From positions 17,524 through 81,523 of the IMG/VR virus record IMGVR_UViG_3300032236_001065: DNA of 64,000 nt. One strand, 5' to 3'. A model generated the notes under the pieces. The model was given only the letters and a program-made list of their open reading frames with translations, did not search any database and was not told where the DNA came from. The DNA comes from a virus. Of this stretch, positions 1 through 11,100 are shown in pieces (within the stretch, counting starts at the first letter, position 1; every line of letters starts with the position of its first letter). Position numbers and translations under genes: made by a program.

Positions 1-2
1 CA

Positions 3-380
3 ACAACTGGCGTTGCAACAAGCAAGAAGGCTACTGCAGGAGTAGCAGCAACAGGAGCAGCGGTGGCGGGAACAACTGGAATGATGCATACAGGAACTAC
101 AACAACTACTGCAACTACAACAAAGCCAACTACAGTATTTATAGCCCCTCCATTTCCAACATCTCAAAATTCATTTAAATTGGGTCAAACAAATGATGCA
201 GTATTAACAATTCAGAAGGCATTAGTTAAGAAAACATTACTTGCTTCAAAATATGCCACTGGAACAATGAATACTCAAACACAGGCAGCATTGGCTAAAT
301 TTGATCAAAAGCTGGGAATTATTGTAAAAGGTGGAGCAGTTCCACAAATAGTTTATGATAATTTGAAGGGATCGCTATGA
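3..380 (+). CDS. Endolysin C-terminal part (Thr-rich linker plus peptidoglycan-binding domain), 5'-truncated
   Basis: Frame is open from the window start; FKLGQTNDAVLTIQKAL...ATGTMNTQTQAALAKF resembles a PG_binding_1 helix pattern. Confidence 0.7.
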   Translation, partial: TTGVATSKKATAGVAATGAAVAGTTGMMHTGTTTTTATTTKPTTVFIAPPFPTSQNSFKLGQTNDAVLTIQKALVKKTLLASKYATGTMNTQTQAALAKFDQKLGIIVKGGAVPQIVYDNLKGSL

Positions 381-748
381 GCTTAAAACACCACTTTAAA
401 TTTAATGTAGGAGAGGCAAAACAGCTCGGAATAGCCCTTATTAGTTCATATGGAATGTGGGCAGCTACAGGATTTCAGAAAAGTATAACAGGTTTAATTT
501 ATCCTATTATGGGCTTTATAACAGGAGGATTGGCATCTCATAACTCAACAGCATCACCCAATGTTATGCCACAATCCCACATAGAAACCCCGTATGTTAA
601 TAACATAAATGATAAGAGTTCTGATGTTCCACCGCCCCTACCGCCTACATCTATCCCTACGGCGGGGGTTACAGAGCAGCCACAACAGCAATTTCAGAAT
701 GTAAAAGTAATACCAAAATCAACAGAAGGAGGAAATAGCAGTTCATAA
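377..748 (+). CDS. Membrane protein, possible holin/lysis accessory
   Basis: Two hydrophobic N-terminal segments, Pro/Gln-rich tail, ATGA overlap with the lysin. Confidence 0.45.
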   Translation: MSLKHHFKFNVGEAKQLGIALISSYGMWAATGFQKSITGLIYPIMGFITGGLASHNSTASPNVMPQSHIETPYVNNINDKSSDVPPPLPPTSIPTAGVTEQPQQQFQNVKVIPKSTEGGNSSS

Positions 749-812
749 AATAAGTAAAAATTTCACCTAAAATTATGACTTATTTATAAAGCTTGCTATT
801 ATTTATTTACAT

Positions 813-2207
813 ATGGAACTACAAAAAACTTATTGGAATAACAGTGGCTCTTCTCTAGCCCTCTCATTCCCAATCGCCAAGGTTGATAGAGAAAAAAGAA
901 CCGTATCGGGATTTGCTTCCCTTGATAATGTTGACAAGCATGGAGACATTGTAACTGCTGAAGCAAGCAAAGCAGCTTTTGATAATTTCAGAGGAAACAT
1001 CCGTGAGATGCACGGACCTTCTGCAGTTGGCAAGATGCTTAACTTTAAGGAAGACTCTTTCTTTGATAAAGAGACTGGCAAGAAATATAGCGGAATTTAT
1101 GTAACAGCATATGTCTCCAAGGGTGCACAAGATGCATGGGAGAAGTGCTTAGATGGTACATATACAGGTTTCTCAATTGGTGGAAACATTGTAGATGCAA
1201 AAATGGAAAAGTCTGATGATGGATCAGAATCAAGGAGAGTTATTCACAAATATGAACTACACGAACTTAGTCTTGTGGATTCTCCAGCAAACCCACTTGC
1301 AAATATTTTTTCAATTCAAAAGATGGCAGAAGGCATTATAACAGAGAACGTATTCTGGTGCAGCACTGATGAAGTAGCATCAACCGCAACAGCAACAACA
1401 AAGAGTTGTGTTGTTTGCGATGGAGAGATGACAAACATTGGATGGGTTGAGCAAGCAGATGTTGAGAAGTTTGAAGCAATTGAAAAGGTAATTGATTCTT
1501 ATTTCAAGAAAGATGATGCTCCAACATCAGCACATGAAGCAACGGAGACAGCAGCTCCAGGTTTGGCGGGAAATGTAATTGATAGCACAACAGCTATTAA
1601 TCTCTATCCTGATCAAAACACAAAACAAAAAGTCACGTTTAACGACGGACTTAAGAAGAGTGAAGAAAATTCACTCAACGAAGGAGGTAACAAAATGGCA
1701 GAAGACACAGATGTAACAATTGAGAAGTCAATTGATGCAGAGACTCCAGCCGAAGAAGTTTCATCTGTAGATGAGACATCAGAAGTTACAGCAACAATTG
1801 AAAAGGCTGTAGAAATCTCTGAAGTTGAAGATACACTTGATTTTACAAAGATGGTCACTGACCTCAAGACCTTCTTTGGTGAGTCTATTGAAAAGAATTA
1901 TGCCCTACAATCAGCTACTATTGCAGATCTCCAGAAGGTTATTGATGTAACCACTGCTGAGCTTGCAAAGGTGAACAATTCATTTGAGGAAATGAAGAAG
2001 TCACACACAGAGCTTGTAGAAAAGCATGAAGCCCTACAAAAGTCAGTTACGGATATGTATGGAAAGATTGACTATGTTGATCACCAACTTAAGGGCTTTG
2101 AGTCCGCAACTGCAGTTAAGAAGTCCGTTGGGGTTTCCGAACAACCAATGGCTACAATCCAAAAAAGTATATGGCAAGGACACTTCCTCGGTGTTAATAA
2201 CCTATAA
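813..2207 (+). CDS. Prohead (capsid maturation) protease fused to acidic/coiled-coil scaffold
   Basis: HK97-type protease motifs VSGFASLDNVDKHGDIV, REMH, GFSIGG, ELSLVDSPANP; directly upstream of the major capsid gene. Confidence 0.92.
   Translation: MELQKTYWNNSGSSLALSFPIAKVDREKRTVSGFASLDNVDKHGDIVTAEASKAAFDNFRGNIREMHGPSAVGKMLNFKEDSFFDKETGKKYSGIYVTAYVSKGAQDAWEKCLDGTYTGFSIGGNIVDAKMEKSDDGSESRRVIHKYELHELSLVDSPANPLANIFSIQKMAEGIITENVFWCSTDEVASTATATTKSCVVCDGEMTNIGWVEQADVEKFEAIEKVIDSYFKKDDAPTSAHEATETAAPGLAGNVIDSTTAINLYPDQNTKQKVTFNDGLKKSEENSLNEGGNKMAEDTDVTIEKSIDAETPAEEVSSVDETSEVTATIEKAVEISEVEDTLDFTKMVTDLKTFFGESIEKNYALQSATIADLQKVIDVTTAELAKVNNSFEEMKKSHTELVEKHEALQKSVTDMYGKIDYVDHQLKGFESATAVKKSVGVSEQPMATIQKSIWQGHFLGVNNL
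1695..2207 (+). CDS. Nested in-frame scaffold protein from internal start
   Basis: Strong SD AAGGAGGT at 1681-1688 before in-frame ATG 1695 (MAEDTDV...); acidic then coiled-coil product. Confidence 0.6.
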   Translation: MAEDTDVTIEKSIDAETPAEEVSSVDETSEVTATIEKAVEISEVEDTLDFTKMVTDLKTFFGESIEKNYALQSATIADLQKVIDVTTAELAKVNNSFEEMKKSHTELVEKHEALQKSVTDMYGKIDYVDHQLKGFESATAVKKSVGVSEQPMATIQKSIWQGHFLGVNNL

Positions 2208-2220
2208 AAATCTAACAAAA

Positions 2221-2234
2221 AAATAAGGTGGTGA
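2221..2234 (+). promoter_or_regulatory. Shared leader/extended SD AAATAAGGTGGTGA (copy 1, major capsid gene)
   Basis: Same 14-mer occurs before the major tail gene and before ORF 51409. Confidence 0.7.
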
Positions 2235-2243
2235 AATAAATAA

Positions 2244-3404
2244 ATGAGTAATGAACTTCTACAAAAAGTAATTGATACTACGAACCTCGGTTCTTCAGCA
2301 GTCAATGCATCAGGCGACGCATCTAACCTTTCAGGTAATGGTCTCCTATATCCAGATCAGGCTAACCGCTTCCTGGATTACATGTGGGACGCTACGATTC
2401 TTGCTAAGGCAGCTCGTACAATCCGCATGCGTTCAAATACAACTGAAATTGATCGTGTTGCAGTTGGACAACGTATTATGACCGTTGCACAGGAAGAGAA
2501 TCCACGTAACTATGTTGCGTCTAACGATTCCTGGACTAACGCTAATTCTACTTCGTTCTCAAATGCAGCAGCACAATTCAACAAGGTATCCCTTACAACA
2601 CGTAAGCTACGTCTTGACTGGGAACTTTCAGCAGAATCTCTAGAAGATAACGTTGAGGGTCCAGATCTAGAAGATCACATTGCACGTTTGATGGCTACCC
2701 AGGCAGGTAACGATATTGAGGATGTTCTCATCAATGGTCTCGGAACTGGCTCAGGTTTGCTTTCAGCGTTCCAAGGTTTCCGTGCTCTCGCACTTAACAA
2801 CGCACACGTTGTTGATGCAAACGGTAACGGTCTAGACAAGACAATTTTCAACGCAGCAATCAAGGCATTGCCTCGTAAGTACAAGCAACGTCGTAACCAA
2901 CTTCGCTTCTTCACAGGATCTAACTTGGTACAAGACTACTTGTTCAACCTAACCGCAGAAACTAGCTCTGGCTTTACCCCATTTGATATCGCTTCAGGTA
3001 TCATTCGTGGTGATGTTGCAGCTAACGATGGTGGTCCAGGTACTGTAACTCCATTTGCTTTCGGTATCCCAGTTATCAACGTTCCGTTGATGGATGAGAC
3101 CCGTTCAGGCGACTACTCAGGTGCAGCTGGCCTTCATGGCGAGATTCACTTGACATTCCCTCAAAACTTCATTATTGGTATTAAGCGTGATGTAACAGTC
3201 TATCGCTTGTTCCAACCAAAGAAGGACACAATTGAGTACACACTCTTCATTCGTGTCGGTTGCGTAATGGAAAACTACGATGCACATGTTATCGTTAAGA
3301 ACGTCAAGGTTGCAGGTTCTGTTGGTGGAGCTCTCGGTTCCTTTACTAACGGTTCTGGTATTACTGGTGGCTCAAACGTCGCTGGCTTTACAACTTCATT
3401 CTAA
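2244..3404 (+). CDS. Major capsid protein (HK97 fold)
   Basis: GLLYPDQANRFLDY, KLRLDWELSAESLEDNVEG, GNDIEDVLING motifs; position after protease; strongly biased codon usage. Confidence 0.95.
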   Translation: MSNELLQKVIDTTNLGSSAVNASGDASNLSGNGLLYPDQANRFLDYMWDATILAKAARTIRMRSNTTEIDRVAVGQRIMTVAQEENPRNYVASNDSWTNANSTSFSNAAAQFNKVSLTTRKLRLDWELSAESLEDNVEGPDLEDHIARLMATQAGNDIEDVLINGLGTGSGLLSAFQGFRALALNNAHVVDANGNGLDKTIFNAAIKALPRKYKQRRNQLRFFTGSNLVQDYLFNLTAETSSGFTPFDIASGIIRGDVAANDGGPGTVTPFAFGIPVINVPLMDETRSGDYSGAAGLHGEIHLTFPQNFIIGIKRDVTVYRLFQPKKDTIEYTLFIRVGCVMENYDAHVIVKNVKVAGSVGGALGSFTNGSGITGGSNVAGFTTSF

Positions 3405-3428
3405 TTTAAATAATTAGATGCAAGATTG

Positions 3429-3452
3429 GGGGGATTACTTAGGTAGTCCCCT
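3429..3452 (+). terminator. Hairpin terminator after capsid gene
   Basis: GGGGGATTAC-TTAG-GTAGTCCCCT stem-loop. Confidence 0.65.
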
Positions 3453-3495
3453 TAATCATTTTCTGCTATAATAAACAATGACGAAAGGAAATTTA

Positions 3496-3894
3496 ATGTC
3501 ATTTACAGAATTAAAAGTTACAGAATTAAGAAAAGTTGCAGATTCATTTGGTGTAGATACCAGTGAATTAAAGACAAAACAAGAAATCATTGCTGCCATT
3601 GAAGAAGAAGGCATTACATATCAGATGTATGCTAAGTTTGACGGGGCAGAAAAGCAAGAAGTCAAAATCTCAGAAATGGAAAAGGTCCAAAGAGAAAAGA
3701 AGATTTTGAAGCCTACAAATTCAGTTTTAGTTAAGATGGAAAGAATGAATCACTCCTACCAGACTGGTGGATATACATTCTCTGAAGAACATCCTTTTGT
3801 TGCTATGTCAGAAGCAGACGCACAACGTATTTTTGACACACAAGATGGATTCCGCCTTGCGACTCCCCGAGAGGCTCAAGAGTACTACTCATAA
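3496..3894 (+). CDS. Head-associated protein with N-terminal Rho-N/HeH-like helix pair
   Basis: SFTELKVTELRKVADSFGV...KTKQEIIAAI; SD GAAAGG before ATG 3496. Confidence 0.6.
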   Translation: MSFTELKVTELRKVADSFGVDTSELKTKQEIIAAIEEEGITYQMYAKFDGAEKQEVKISEMEKVQREKKILKPTNSVLVKMERMNHSYQTGGYTFSEEHPFVAMSEADAQRIFDTQDGFRLATPREAQEYYS

Positions 3895-3911
3895 ATAAGG
3901 AGGCGATTTGA

Positions 3912-4862
3912 TTGCAGACAATAGCAAACAACAGCCAAGTAAAAATAAAGTTAGAAATCTTCAGCGATGGAGTTCTAACTCAAGCAGATAGCGATCCTAA
4001 AGTATCATTCTATGATGCTGATAATGATGCAAGCGTGATAACTGGCTTTTCAAATTTGTCTGTAATAGATGAGCAACCTAATGGTATATACTCATTTTTA
4101 TTGACCCCCGCAATTACTAGTGTTAACCGAGTCCTAGAGGTCAGATGGACCTACACTCTTGGTGGAGTAACTGCTACACAGACAGACTTCTATCGCGTAG
4201 AGTCTCCATATGCAACAGTTTCAGAAGTTATTGACTTCCTAGGATTTGGTTCAACACCAGCAGATTCAAATTATGTTGATCCAAAGCAGATTGCAAATGC
4301 TGAAAAAATGGCAAGAACAATCATTGAAGGTTATACGGGAGTAAAATTTTATACATACTACGGTTCACAAGAAGTCCGTGGAATAGGTGCAGACATTGTA
4401 GAACTAACAGAAAGAATTTTAACTATTGATAAAGTTCTTGAAAATGATTATGTAGTTATTGATACTACAATTCAACCATATTTAAATACATTTGGGTTTT
4501 CTGTTGAGATAACGCCAACAGCTAAAGGAGTTCGCATCATGAACCCTGGCTGGGATGTTCAATATGACAATCAAGTAGATCCAACCGTAATGTACTATGG
4601 TAAGTTTAAAGATGGTGCAAGATATACTTTTGTTGGGCAAATGGGATATAAGTATGTTCCAGAAGATATCAAACAAGCATCAATGCTTTTAATTCAAGAT
4701 CTTCTTGCAAATGATTATAATTGGAGAAACAAATACCTTCAAAAGGTTGACCTAAGTGAAATCTCTTTTGAGATGGCAAAGGGTGCATTTAACGGTACAG
4801 GCAATGTAACCGTAGATAACATCCTAGACCAATATCGCAACGTCAATATAGTGATTATCTAA
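3912..4862 (+). CDS. Head-to-tail adaptor
   Basis: YATVSEV, ARTIIEGYTG, GYKYVPEDIKQASMLL, VDNILDQYR; position after capsid. Confidence 0.8.
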   Translation: MQTIANNSQVKIKLEIFSDGVLTQADSDPKVSFYDADNDASVITGFSNLSVIDEQPNGIYSFLLTPAITSVNRVLEVRWTYTLGGVTATQTDFYRVESPYATVSEVIDFLGFGSTPADSNYVDPKQIANAEKMARTIIEGYTGVKFYTYYGSQEVRGIGADIVELTERILTIDKVLENDYVVIDTTIQPYLNTFGFSVEITPTAKGVRIMNPGWDVQYDNQVDPTVMYYGKFKDGARYTFVGQMGYKYVPEDIKQASMLLIQDLLANDYNWRNKYLQKVDLSEISFEMAKGAFNGTGNVTVDNILDQYRNVNIVII

Positions 4863-5314
4863 TGTTTAACGCATCCGTTATAGCCTCTATTATGAATATG
4901 AAGGCTGATATCTACAAGCAACAAAATGCACAAGATCCAAATACGGGAGCAGTTACTCGTCAATGGGTATATCAAAAAACAATTCAGTGCAAAGTAGAGC
5001 CAATTAAAGTAGGCGGGGCATCAACTAGGGGCGACAATAAAGTTTATGCAACAAATGTTGAAGGTGCTTATACAGAGAAGATGCAGTTAAAGCTAAAAGG
5101 TCTTGAGCTTATGTCCAAGCGTTGGAGAATAGAAAACATTCGTTCAAGTGATGGTAAGCAAGTATATGTTGAAATTGATAAGATTGATTCTCCAGATACT
5201 AAGTTTGAAGTAACTTCTTCACACGCCGTGTTAGACCCCTTTGGTAAAATTTCTTATTATGAATCTGTAGTCACAAGAGTCCAGGTGCAGGACGATGATC
5301 CAACTTCAAATTGA
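4862..5314 (+). CDS. Head-to-tail stopper / head closure protein
   Basis: Synteny; ADIYKQ...DPNTGAVTRQW pattern of gp16-like proteins. Confidence 0.65.
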   Translation: MFNASVIASIMNMKADIYKQQNAQDPNTGAVTRQWVYQKTIQCKVEPIKVGGASTRGDNKVYATNVEGAYTEKMQLKLKGLELMSKRWRIENIRSSDGKQVYVEIDKIDSPDTKFEVTSSHAVLDPFGKISYYESVVTRVQVQDDDPTSN

Positions 5315-6014
5315 TACAGGGGCTATGATTGCCGAACTTGACAATAAGATAGCGGGAATAAAAGAATTAACATCTCCTTCTGTATTAACAGAAATTGCAA
5401 AAGCTACATTTACAATTACAGGAAATAGATTTGTTACAGATCTTGACAATTATGCAAGACGTAATCCAAAGAAAATGCACCATGTTTATGAATGGGGTGG
5501 AATTGGAAAGCCACAGTCAAGACTTTTTGTTTTAGAAAGAGCTGCTGTGCTATATGGCGATTTAAATGTAAATACTAGATTCCTACCCTCAAAACTTCCA
5601 GTTCCGATTAGCCCAGCTCTATTAACACCAGGACCAACTGGTAAAGTAGTTTCAAAAAGAAGTATTTTTGCTGATAAGGCAACTGTTATGGAAAAAGGAA
5701 CAAAAGTAAGTTTTTCTGCAAAAAAAGTTTTGGCTTTTGCAGATGGACAAGGAATTGCTTTTATTGCAAAGGGCACAACAATCAATATTAATAACCCTGG
5801 GGGCATACAAACAAAAAATGCTTTTGCCACCTATATGCTAGATTGGTATACTAAGAACGGCAATGTAGTCATGGATGGATCAGGATTTTATGAAAAGATT
5901 CAGGCAGAAACTGAAGCAGTTCTAAATGCTAACGGTACTGGGGCTACACAGGTCAAACAAGCGGTTATGAGGGCAGCAGAAGCTGTTTCAGCAGGAAAGG
6001 TAGAGATTATATGA
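5295..6014 (+). CDS. Neck / tail completion protein
   Basis: Synteny between stopper and terminator; HHVYEW motif. Confidence 0.55.
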   Translation: MIQLQIDTGAMIAELDNKIAGIKELTSPSVLTEIAKATFTITGNRFVTDLDNYARRNPKKMHHVYEWGGIGKPQSRLFVLERAAVLYGDLNVNTRFLPSKLPVPISPALLTPGPTGKVVSKRSIFADKATVMEKGTKVSFSAKKVLAFADGQGIAFIAKGTTININNPGGIQTKNAFATYMLDWYTKNGNVVMDGSGFYEKIQAETEAVLNANGTGATQVKQAVMRAAEAVSAGKVEII

Positions 6015-6529
6015 CAACTGATTATACACACGTAGCAGCCTACGATATTCGCAATTTTATATGGGCGGAATTGCAAAGTTCAGGGCTTCTTAAGCCTAGT
6101 GATTATATAGCTGATGGTTTTTCAGAACCACTAATTCCTATTATTCCATCACAACAAGTTCCAGAATTTAACAATCTTTTGCCAGGTAAAACATATATTA
6201 CTTATAATGTATCTCAAAAGAACTATGGTGTTCAGTGGTGGGTCTCAGAAGAAAATTTCATCATGGAAGTAGTTTCCAGAAATAATGCTCAAATTCAGAC
6301 AATAATTAACTTCCTGATAGACCTTTTCAGAAGATACGACCTTTCGGCTGGCGATCTTAATGTTTCGCTAGTAGCTGGAAGCCCATTCAAATTTCTCTGG
6401 TTTAGACTTGATACTTCAGATCCAGTTCAGCCATTTGTTGATGAAGGCGGGTTCATGAGTGGAGACCTCTCCATAGTATATGGATATACCCGTGAGGTTG
6501 ATGTATCTGGCAATGGCCGAATGCTTTAA
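6011..6529 (+). CDS. Tail terminator
   Basis: Immediately upstream of major tail protein; typical size. Confidence 0.65.
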   Translation: MTTDYTHVAAYDIRNFIWAELQSSGLLKPSDYIADGFSEPLIPIIPSQQVPEFNNLLPGKTYITYNVSQKNYGVQWWVSEENFIMEVVSRNNAQIQTIINFLIDLFRRYDLSAGDLNVSLVAGSPFKFLWFRLDTSDPVQPFVDEGGFMSGDLSIVYGYTREVDVSGNGRML

Positions 6530-6606
6530 AATTTGAATTATTTCCCTTCAATGCTATAGTTTTACTTGAGGAAGTAAGTTGTCATCTTTTTTGTTTATTC
6601 TAAATA

Positions 6607-6620
6607 AAATAAGGTGGTGA
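6607..6620 (+). promoter_or_regulatory. Shared leader/extended SD AAATAAGGTGGTGA (copy 2, major tail gene)
   Basis: Identical to the capsid-gene leader. Confidence 0.7.
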
Positions 6621-6630
6621 AATATAAAAT

Positions 6631-7416
6631 ATGGCTACAAGTACAAAAAATATTCTCGTTGGTGCAGCATCTATTTTCGTAAGCGTTGGAAACAGCTCTA
6701 ACGATGCAGGTCGCCCAAACACAAAAGCATCAGATTTAGCAACACTCATGCCTTCACAGACATCAGCTCGTTCAGCTCTTCTTGGATCTTCAACATTCCG
6801 TGAGGTTGGTTACACAACTTCTGGACTAGAAGTTTCATACGAGCCAAACTATGGTGAAGTGATGGTTGATCAGCTTCTTGATGCAGCTCGTCTATTCAAG
6901 CAATCACTTAAGGTTATGCTTAAGACAGAACTCACAGAAGCAACTCTTGAAAACCTTCAGCTTTCATGGGGTCAACTTGATTATGTCTATGGAACAAACT
7001 CATCTGGTACAGCTACTCAATCAATTCCATTGTTGATTCCTAATGACTCAACAGTTACAACTGTTTCAGATAATCCAGCAGCAACCCTTAAGATGGCTGC
7101 AGGTGCACTTGGTGATGCTCCAGTAGAGCGTACACTTATTGCAGTTGGTAATGCACCAGCACAAATTGGTTCTTCTGTTGCAACAACAGACGCAGGAACT
7201 GCAATCGGTTCTGGAGTAACAACAGCTATTGCTCGTAACAAGGAGCGTGTATATGTTGCACGTCGTGTAGTATCAATTGATACAACCGCACATGCATTGA
7301 AGCGTGACACAGCAACTGTGTTCCCAGTTTCATTCCGTTGCCTACCAGATAGCGATCCAAGCTACTCAGGTATGGAATACGGCGTAGTTATTGACCGTGT
7401 ATTCGGTACATACTAA
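6631..7416 (+). CDS. Major tail tube protein
   Basis: NILVGAA, VGYTTSGLEVSYEP..EVMVDQLLD, TELTEATLENL, FPVSFRCLPD; biased codons. Confidence 0.9.
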   Translation: MATSTKNILVGAASIFVSVGNSSNDAGRPNTKASDLATLMPSQTSARSALLGSSTFREVGYTTSGLEVSYEPNYGEVMVDQLLDAARLFKQSLKVMLKTELTEATLENLQLSWGQLDYVYGTNSSGTATQSIPLLIPNDSTVTTVSDNPAATLKMAAGALGDAPVERTLIAVGNAPAQIGSSVATTDAGTAIGSGVTTAIARNKERVYVARRVVSIDTTAHALKRDTATVFPVSFRCLPDSDPSYSGMEYGVVIDRVFGTY

Positions 7417-7447
7417 TCTGTAAACAAAACTTAATATAGATTTCAGG

Positions 7448-7470
7448 CCCCCGTCAATAAAAGGCGGGGG
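7448..7470 (+). terminator. Hairpin terminator after major tail gene
   Basis: CCCCCGTC-AATAAAA-GGCGGGGG followed by TTCT. Confidence 0.65.
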
Positions 7471-7528
7471 TTCTGAATTTGTCTAAGCACAAAGTATTGG
7501 TATAATTTAACTAACAAAAGGAGCTATA

Positions 7529-7864
7529 ATGGCAACAACAGTATATGATGTAGTAGAAATTGAATTAAGTAACGGGGAGACTGTTACTCTAAAACCCCTG
7601 CCTATTAAGCAGTTGAAGAAGTTTATGGATATTGTCAAGGAAATGGAACTGCCAGAGAATGAATCTGAAGATGCAGCAATGGACGTATTCATTAAAGCAG
7701 CTATGGTGTGCTTGGAAGCATCAAAGTCCCCACTAGCAACAAATAAAGATTTGTTTGAGGAAACAGTTGAAGTTCCTACAATGATGAAGATTCTTGAAGT
7801 TTGCGGAGGTTTGAAACTTAACGACCCAAACCTACTGGGAGCAGCTCTAGTTGGGACGAACTAG
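7529..7864 (+). CDS. Tail assembly chaperone (gpG-like)
   Basis: Between major tail and tape measure genes; slippery site near the 3' end. Confidence 0.85.
   Translation: MATTVYDVVEIELSNGETVTLKPLPIKQLKKFMDIVKEMELPENESEDAAMDVFIKAAMVCLEASKSPLATNKDLFEETVEVPTMMKILEVCGGLKLNDPNLLGAALVGTN
7825..7831 (+). other. Programmed -1 frameshift heptamer C CCA AAC
   Basis: X XXY YYZ in the correct phase; -1 frame open to 8142. Confidence 0.75.
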
Positions 7865-8142
7865 ATCTAGCCTCCCTTGAGTCCGAAGTTTTCTTGCTCG
7901 GTCATTGGAAAAATTATGATGAGCTTGAAAGCAACCTGTCGCTAGATGAGTTGATGGCAACATTGAACGCAGCTAGAGATAGAGAACATCGTGAAAGGAA
8001 GTTCCTGGCAGCAATGCAGGGTATTGATCTGGAAGAAGATAAAGAACCAGAAGATATTACAGCGTTGGTAGATGTAAGAACTGCAAGAGACGAAGGCTTT
8101 GGTATAAACGAAGGACTTGGTTTCATGAGTCAGGAAGGGTGA
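7825..8142 (+). CDS. Tail assembly chaperone frameshift extension (gpT-like)
   Basis: -1 frame reads ...SWDELDLASLESEVFLLGHWKNYDELE...; the 7894 ORF has only a TTG start and no SD. Confidence 0.8.
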   Translation, partial: PKPTGSSSSWDELDLASLESEVFLLGHWKNYDELESNLSLDELMATLNAARDREHRERKFLAAMQGIDLEEDKEPEDITALVDVRTARDEGFGINEGLGFMSQEG

Positions 8143-8145
8143 TAA

Positions 8146-11100
8146 GTGGCTAATATTCAATTAAAGATTACCGCATTAGGTGATTTTTCAAGCGTTAACA
8201 ATCAACTTAAAGCCCTTCAAACACAGGTACAACTTCTTCAAAAAAGTATTGCTGGTGTCGGATTAGATGCCAGCTTAACAACACAACTTAAAAATGTTCA
8301 AAATGAGTTTAGTAATGCTTTAGTATCTAGCGGTAATTTTACAAAGCAAACAGTACAATTAACTTCTGAAACAGAAAAATTTGGAGCAGCACTTCAAGCT
8401 GGAAAGTTAAAGCTTGGAGATTATTTTAGTATTATTACTGGTCGCTCGGGTGCTGCTCAAAAATCCGTACAAGCACTTGCAGTAGAACAAGTTAAGCTTA
8501 ATAACTCTATTGTCCAACAAGATATTACTAAGCAGGGTGTATATAGTGTATACACACCTACAACCATTAATGCTACTGCAAAAGCAGTTGAACTAGCAGC
8601 CGCCAAACAAAATATATTTAATATTGCTGTTCAGCAAGGATCTCAAAAGCTTATTGATTTTGGTAAGAATACTCAGTGGGCAGGTCGTCAGCTTACTGTT
8701 GGTCTTTCTATGCCAGCCCTGCTTTTTGGTAGCCAAGCTGTTGCAGCTTTTAAGGCAGTAAATACAGAATTAACAAGATTGCAAAGACTTTATGGTGAAG
8801 GTCTTACACCCCCATCACAAGCACAATTAACACAGATCTCTGATCAAGTTATTAAATTGGGCGCACAAGTTGCAACTCAAATGGGTATTGCACAGTCAGA
8901 AACTGTTAAAGTAGCAGCAAACTTTGCAGCTATGGGTAAAGAAGGTCAGAATCTTCTTGATGTAACATATCAAGCACAAAGACTTTCTAAGCTCGGTGCT
9001 ATTGATGCAACACAAGCAACAAACACTATTGTTTCGCTACAAAACGTTTACAAGGTAAGCACTATGGATCTTGCCAACGCAGTTAACTTTATGTCATCTA
9101 TGCAGAAGCAAACCACCATGTCGCTTCAAGATATGACTGATGCAATTCCTCGTGTTGGACCTATCATGGCACAACTTGGTGGTTCATACAAAGACACAGC
9201 AGTTATGCTTCTTGCAATGCGTGAAGCTGGTGTACCAGCAGCCCAAGCCGCTAACGCACTTAAATCAGCATTTGCATCTATCATTGCACCAACTTCAGCC
9301 GCAACAAAAGAGTTTGCATCGTTCGGTATTAACCTAGATAAAATTAAATCATCTGGAACACCAGTACAAATGCTTATGGCTCTGCAGTCAGCTCTTGTAG
9401 GAATAGCTCCACTTGCAAGAGAGCAGTTAATTGAAAAGTTATTTGGTAAGTTCCAGTTTGCTCGTGTGTCAGCACTTCTTGATAACTTTGGAAAAGTAGG
9501 ATCTCAAACACAAAACGCTTTGAAGGTAGCTGGTGCAACAAATGCACAGCTTGCAACTTTGGCGGGACAAGAAATGGCTCAAGCTACAGCTTCTACTACA
9601 GCTAAATGGCAAAGAGCAATAGAAGGACTTAAAGCTTCACTATATCCAATTGGTCAAAAGATTCTTGAAGTAGGAACAAAGATTATGGACTTTGGCCAAA
9701 AGATTGCAGATTTCTTTAATAAGTTACCTGGCCCAATTAAATCAGGTTTAGGAATTTTGCTTACACTTGGAGTTATAGCTGGTCCAGTAATTATGATTAC
9801 TGGTTTGTTTGCTAACTTATTTGGACAAGTAGTAAAGGTTGGATACTCACTACTTGGTGTTATTGATGGAAGTAAAAAGTGGAGAGAATTAATGACTCCC
9901 GCTGGAATTGCTGCAAAGACAGCAACAGATGCATTTCAAACAGGGTTGCTTGAAAATGTTACTGCAGTAGATACCCTTAACGCCGCACTTCAAAGATTGA
10001 TTACAAGTCTTGAAGCAATCAATACTGCAATGAATATATCAACTGGTTCTGCAATAGTTAGTACTGTAGAGGCAGGATTAGCTGGCGGAAAGATACCATT
10101 CAAAGCACCAGGAATGGCTACAGGAGGAGTTGTTCCAGGAACAGGAAACTCAGATAGTTATCCTGCAATGCTCACTCCAGGCGAAGCGGTAATTCCAAAG
10201 AGTGCAGTAGCAGAACATGGACCACTAATCAATGCAATTATATCTGGAAGTTTGCCAGGATATAATGGCGGACTTAGAGCTAATGTAAGACAGCAATATG
10301 GTGGAAACTTTAATTATTTGTCTGAAAGCGGAAATATAAGAAGTTATGCAGATAGAGAAGTAGCACACCTTGATGCTCCAATAGATTTGCCAACAGGTGC
10401 AAGTGAAGAAAATGCAAAAGTTGCGATGTACCATAGAGAAATAAATCAAGGTACAAACAGTGGCATGTCAGCACAGGACTACTTAGATTATTTAAATGGA
10501 CAAACAATGTCTGTAGGCAATGGTGGCAGATTAATGCCAAAGCTAAGAGTCGTTGATGCTGCTGGCAATCCAGCTTCAAGATCAATTACTCATAGTCAAG
10601 AATTGGCATATGGACCAATGGCAACAACTGCAGGTATCACTGATCCAAAACAAAGACAAGCTTTTTATGATGAAATTGATAAAAGAATAAAGGCTTGGTT
10701 AGAGCCTTTGGCTAAAGCTAACAAGCAGATTAAAGATGTCGCAGGACCAGGACAAGAAAGTGCAACACAAGTTGGTCAAATTGTTAATGAAGTATTAAAA
10801 CAACAAAGCTTTGGACAAACTCAAGATGCAATTAGTACTTTGGAAGCACCTCTTGAAACAAGAACTACGGGTAAGGGAAGATCGGGAAGAACTAGAAGAT
10901 TTGTAGGTGGCGATACTAGAATATCTGGTATAGTGTCAAAGATACTAGCTGGAAAAACAGTAACTAAATCTCAAGAAGATACCTTGATGGCATCAGGACT
11001 TATTGATTCAGGAAACTTTTCTAAGCTTGATTCAGAAGCAAGAAAACAACTTGAGATAGAATCTCCTTCCAAAAAGGGAGAAGCTACAGGAAAATCATAT

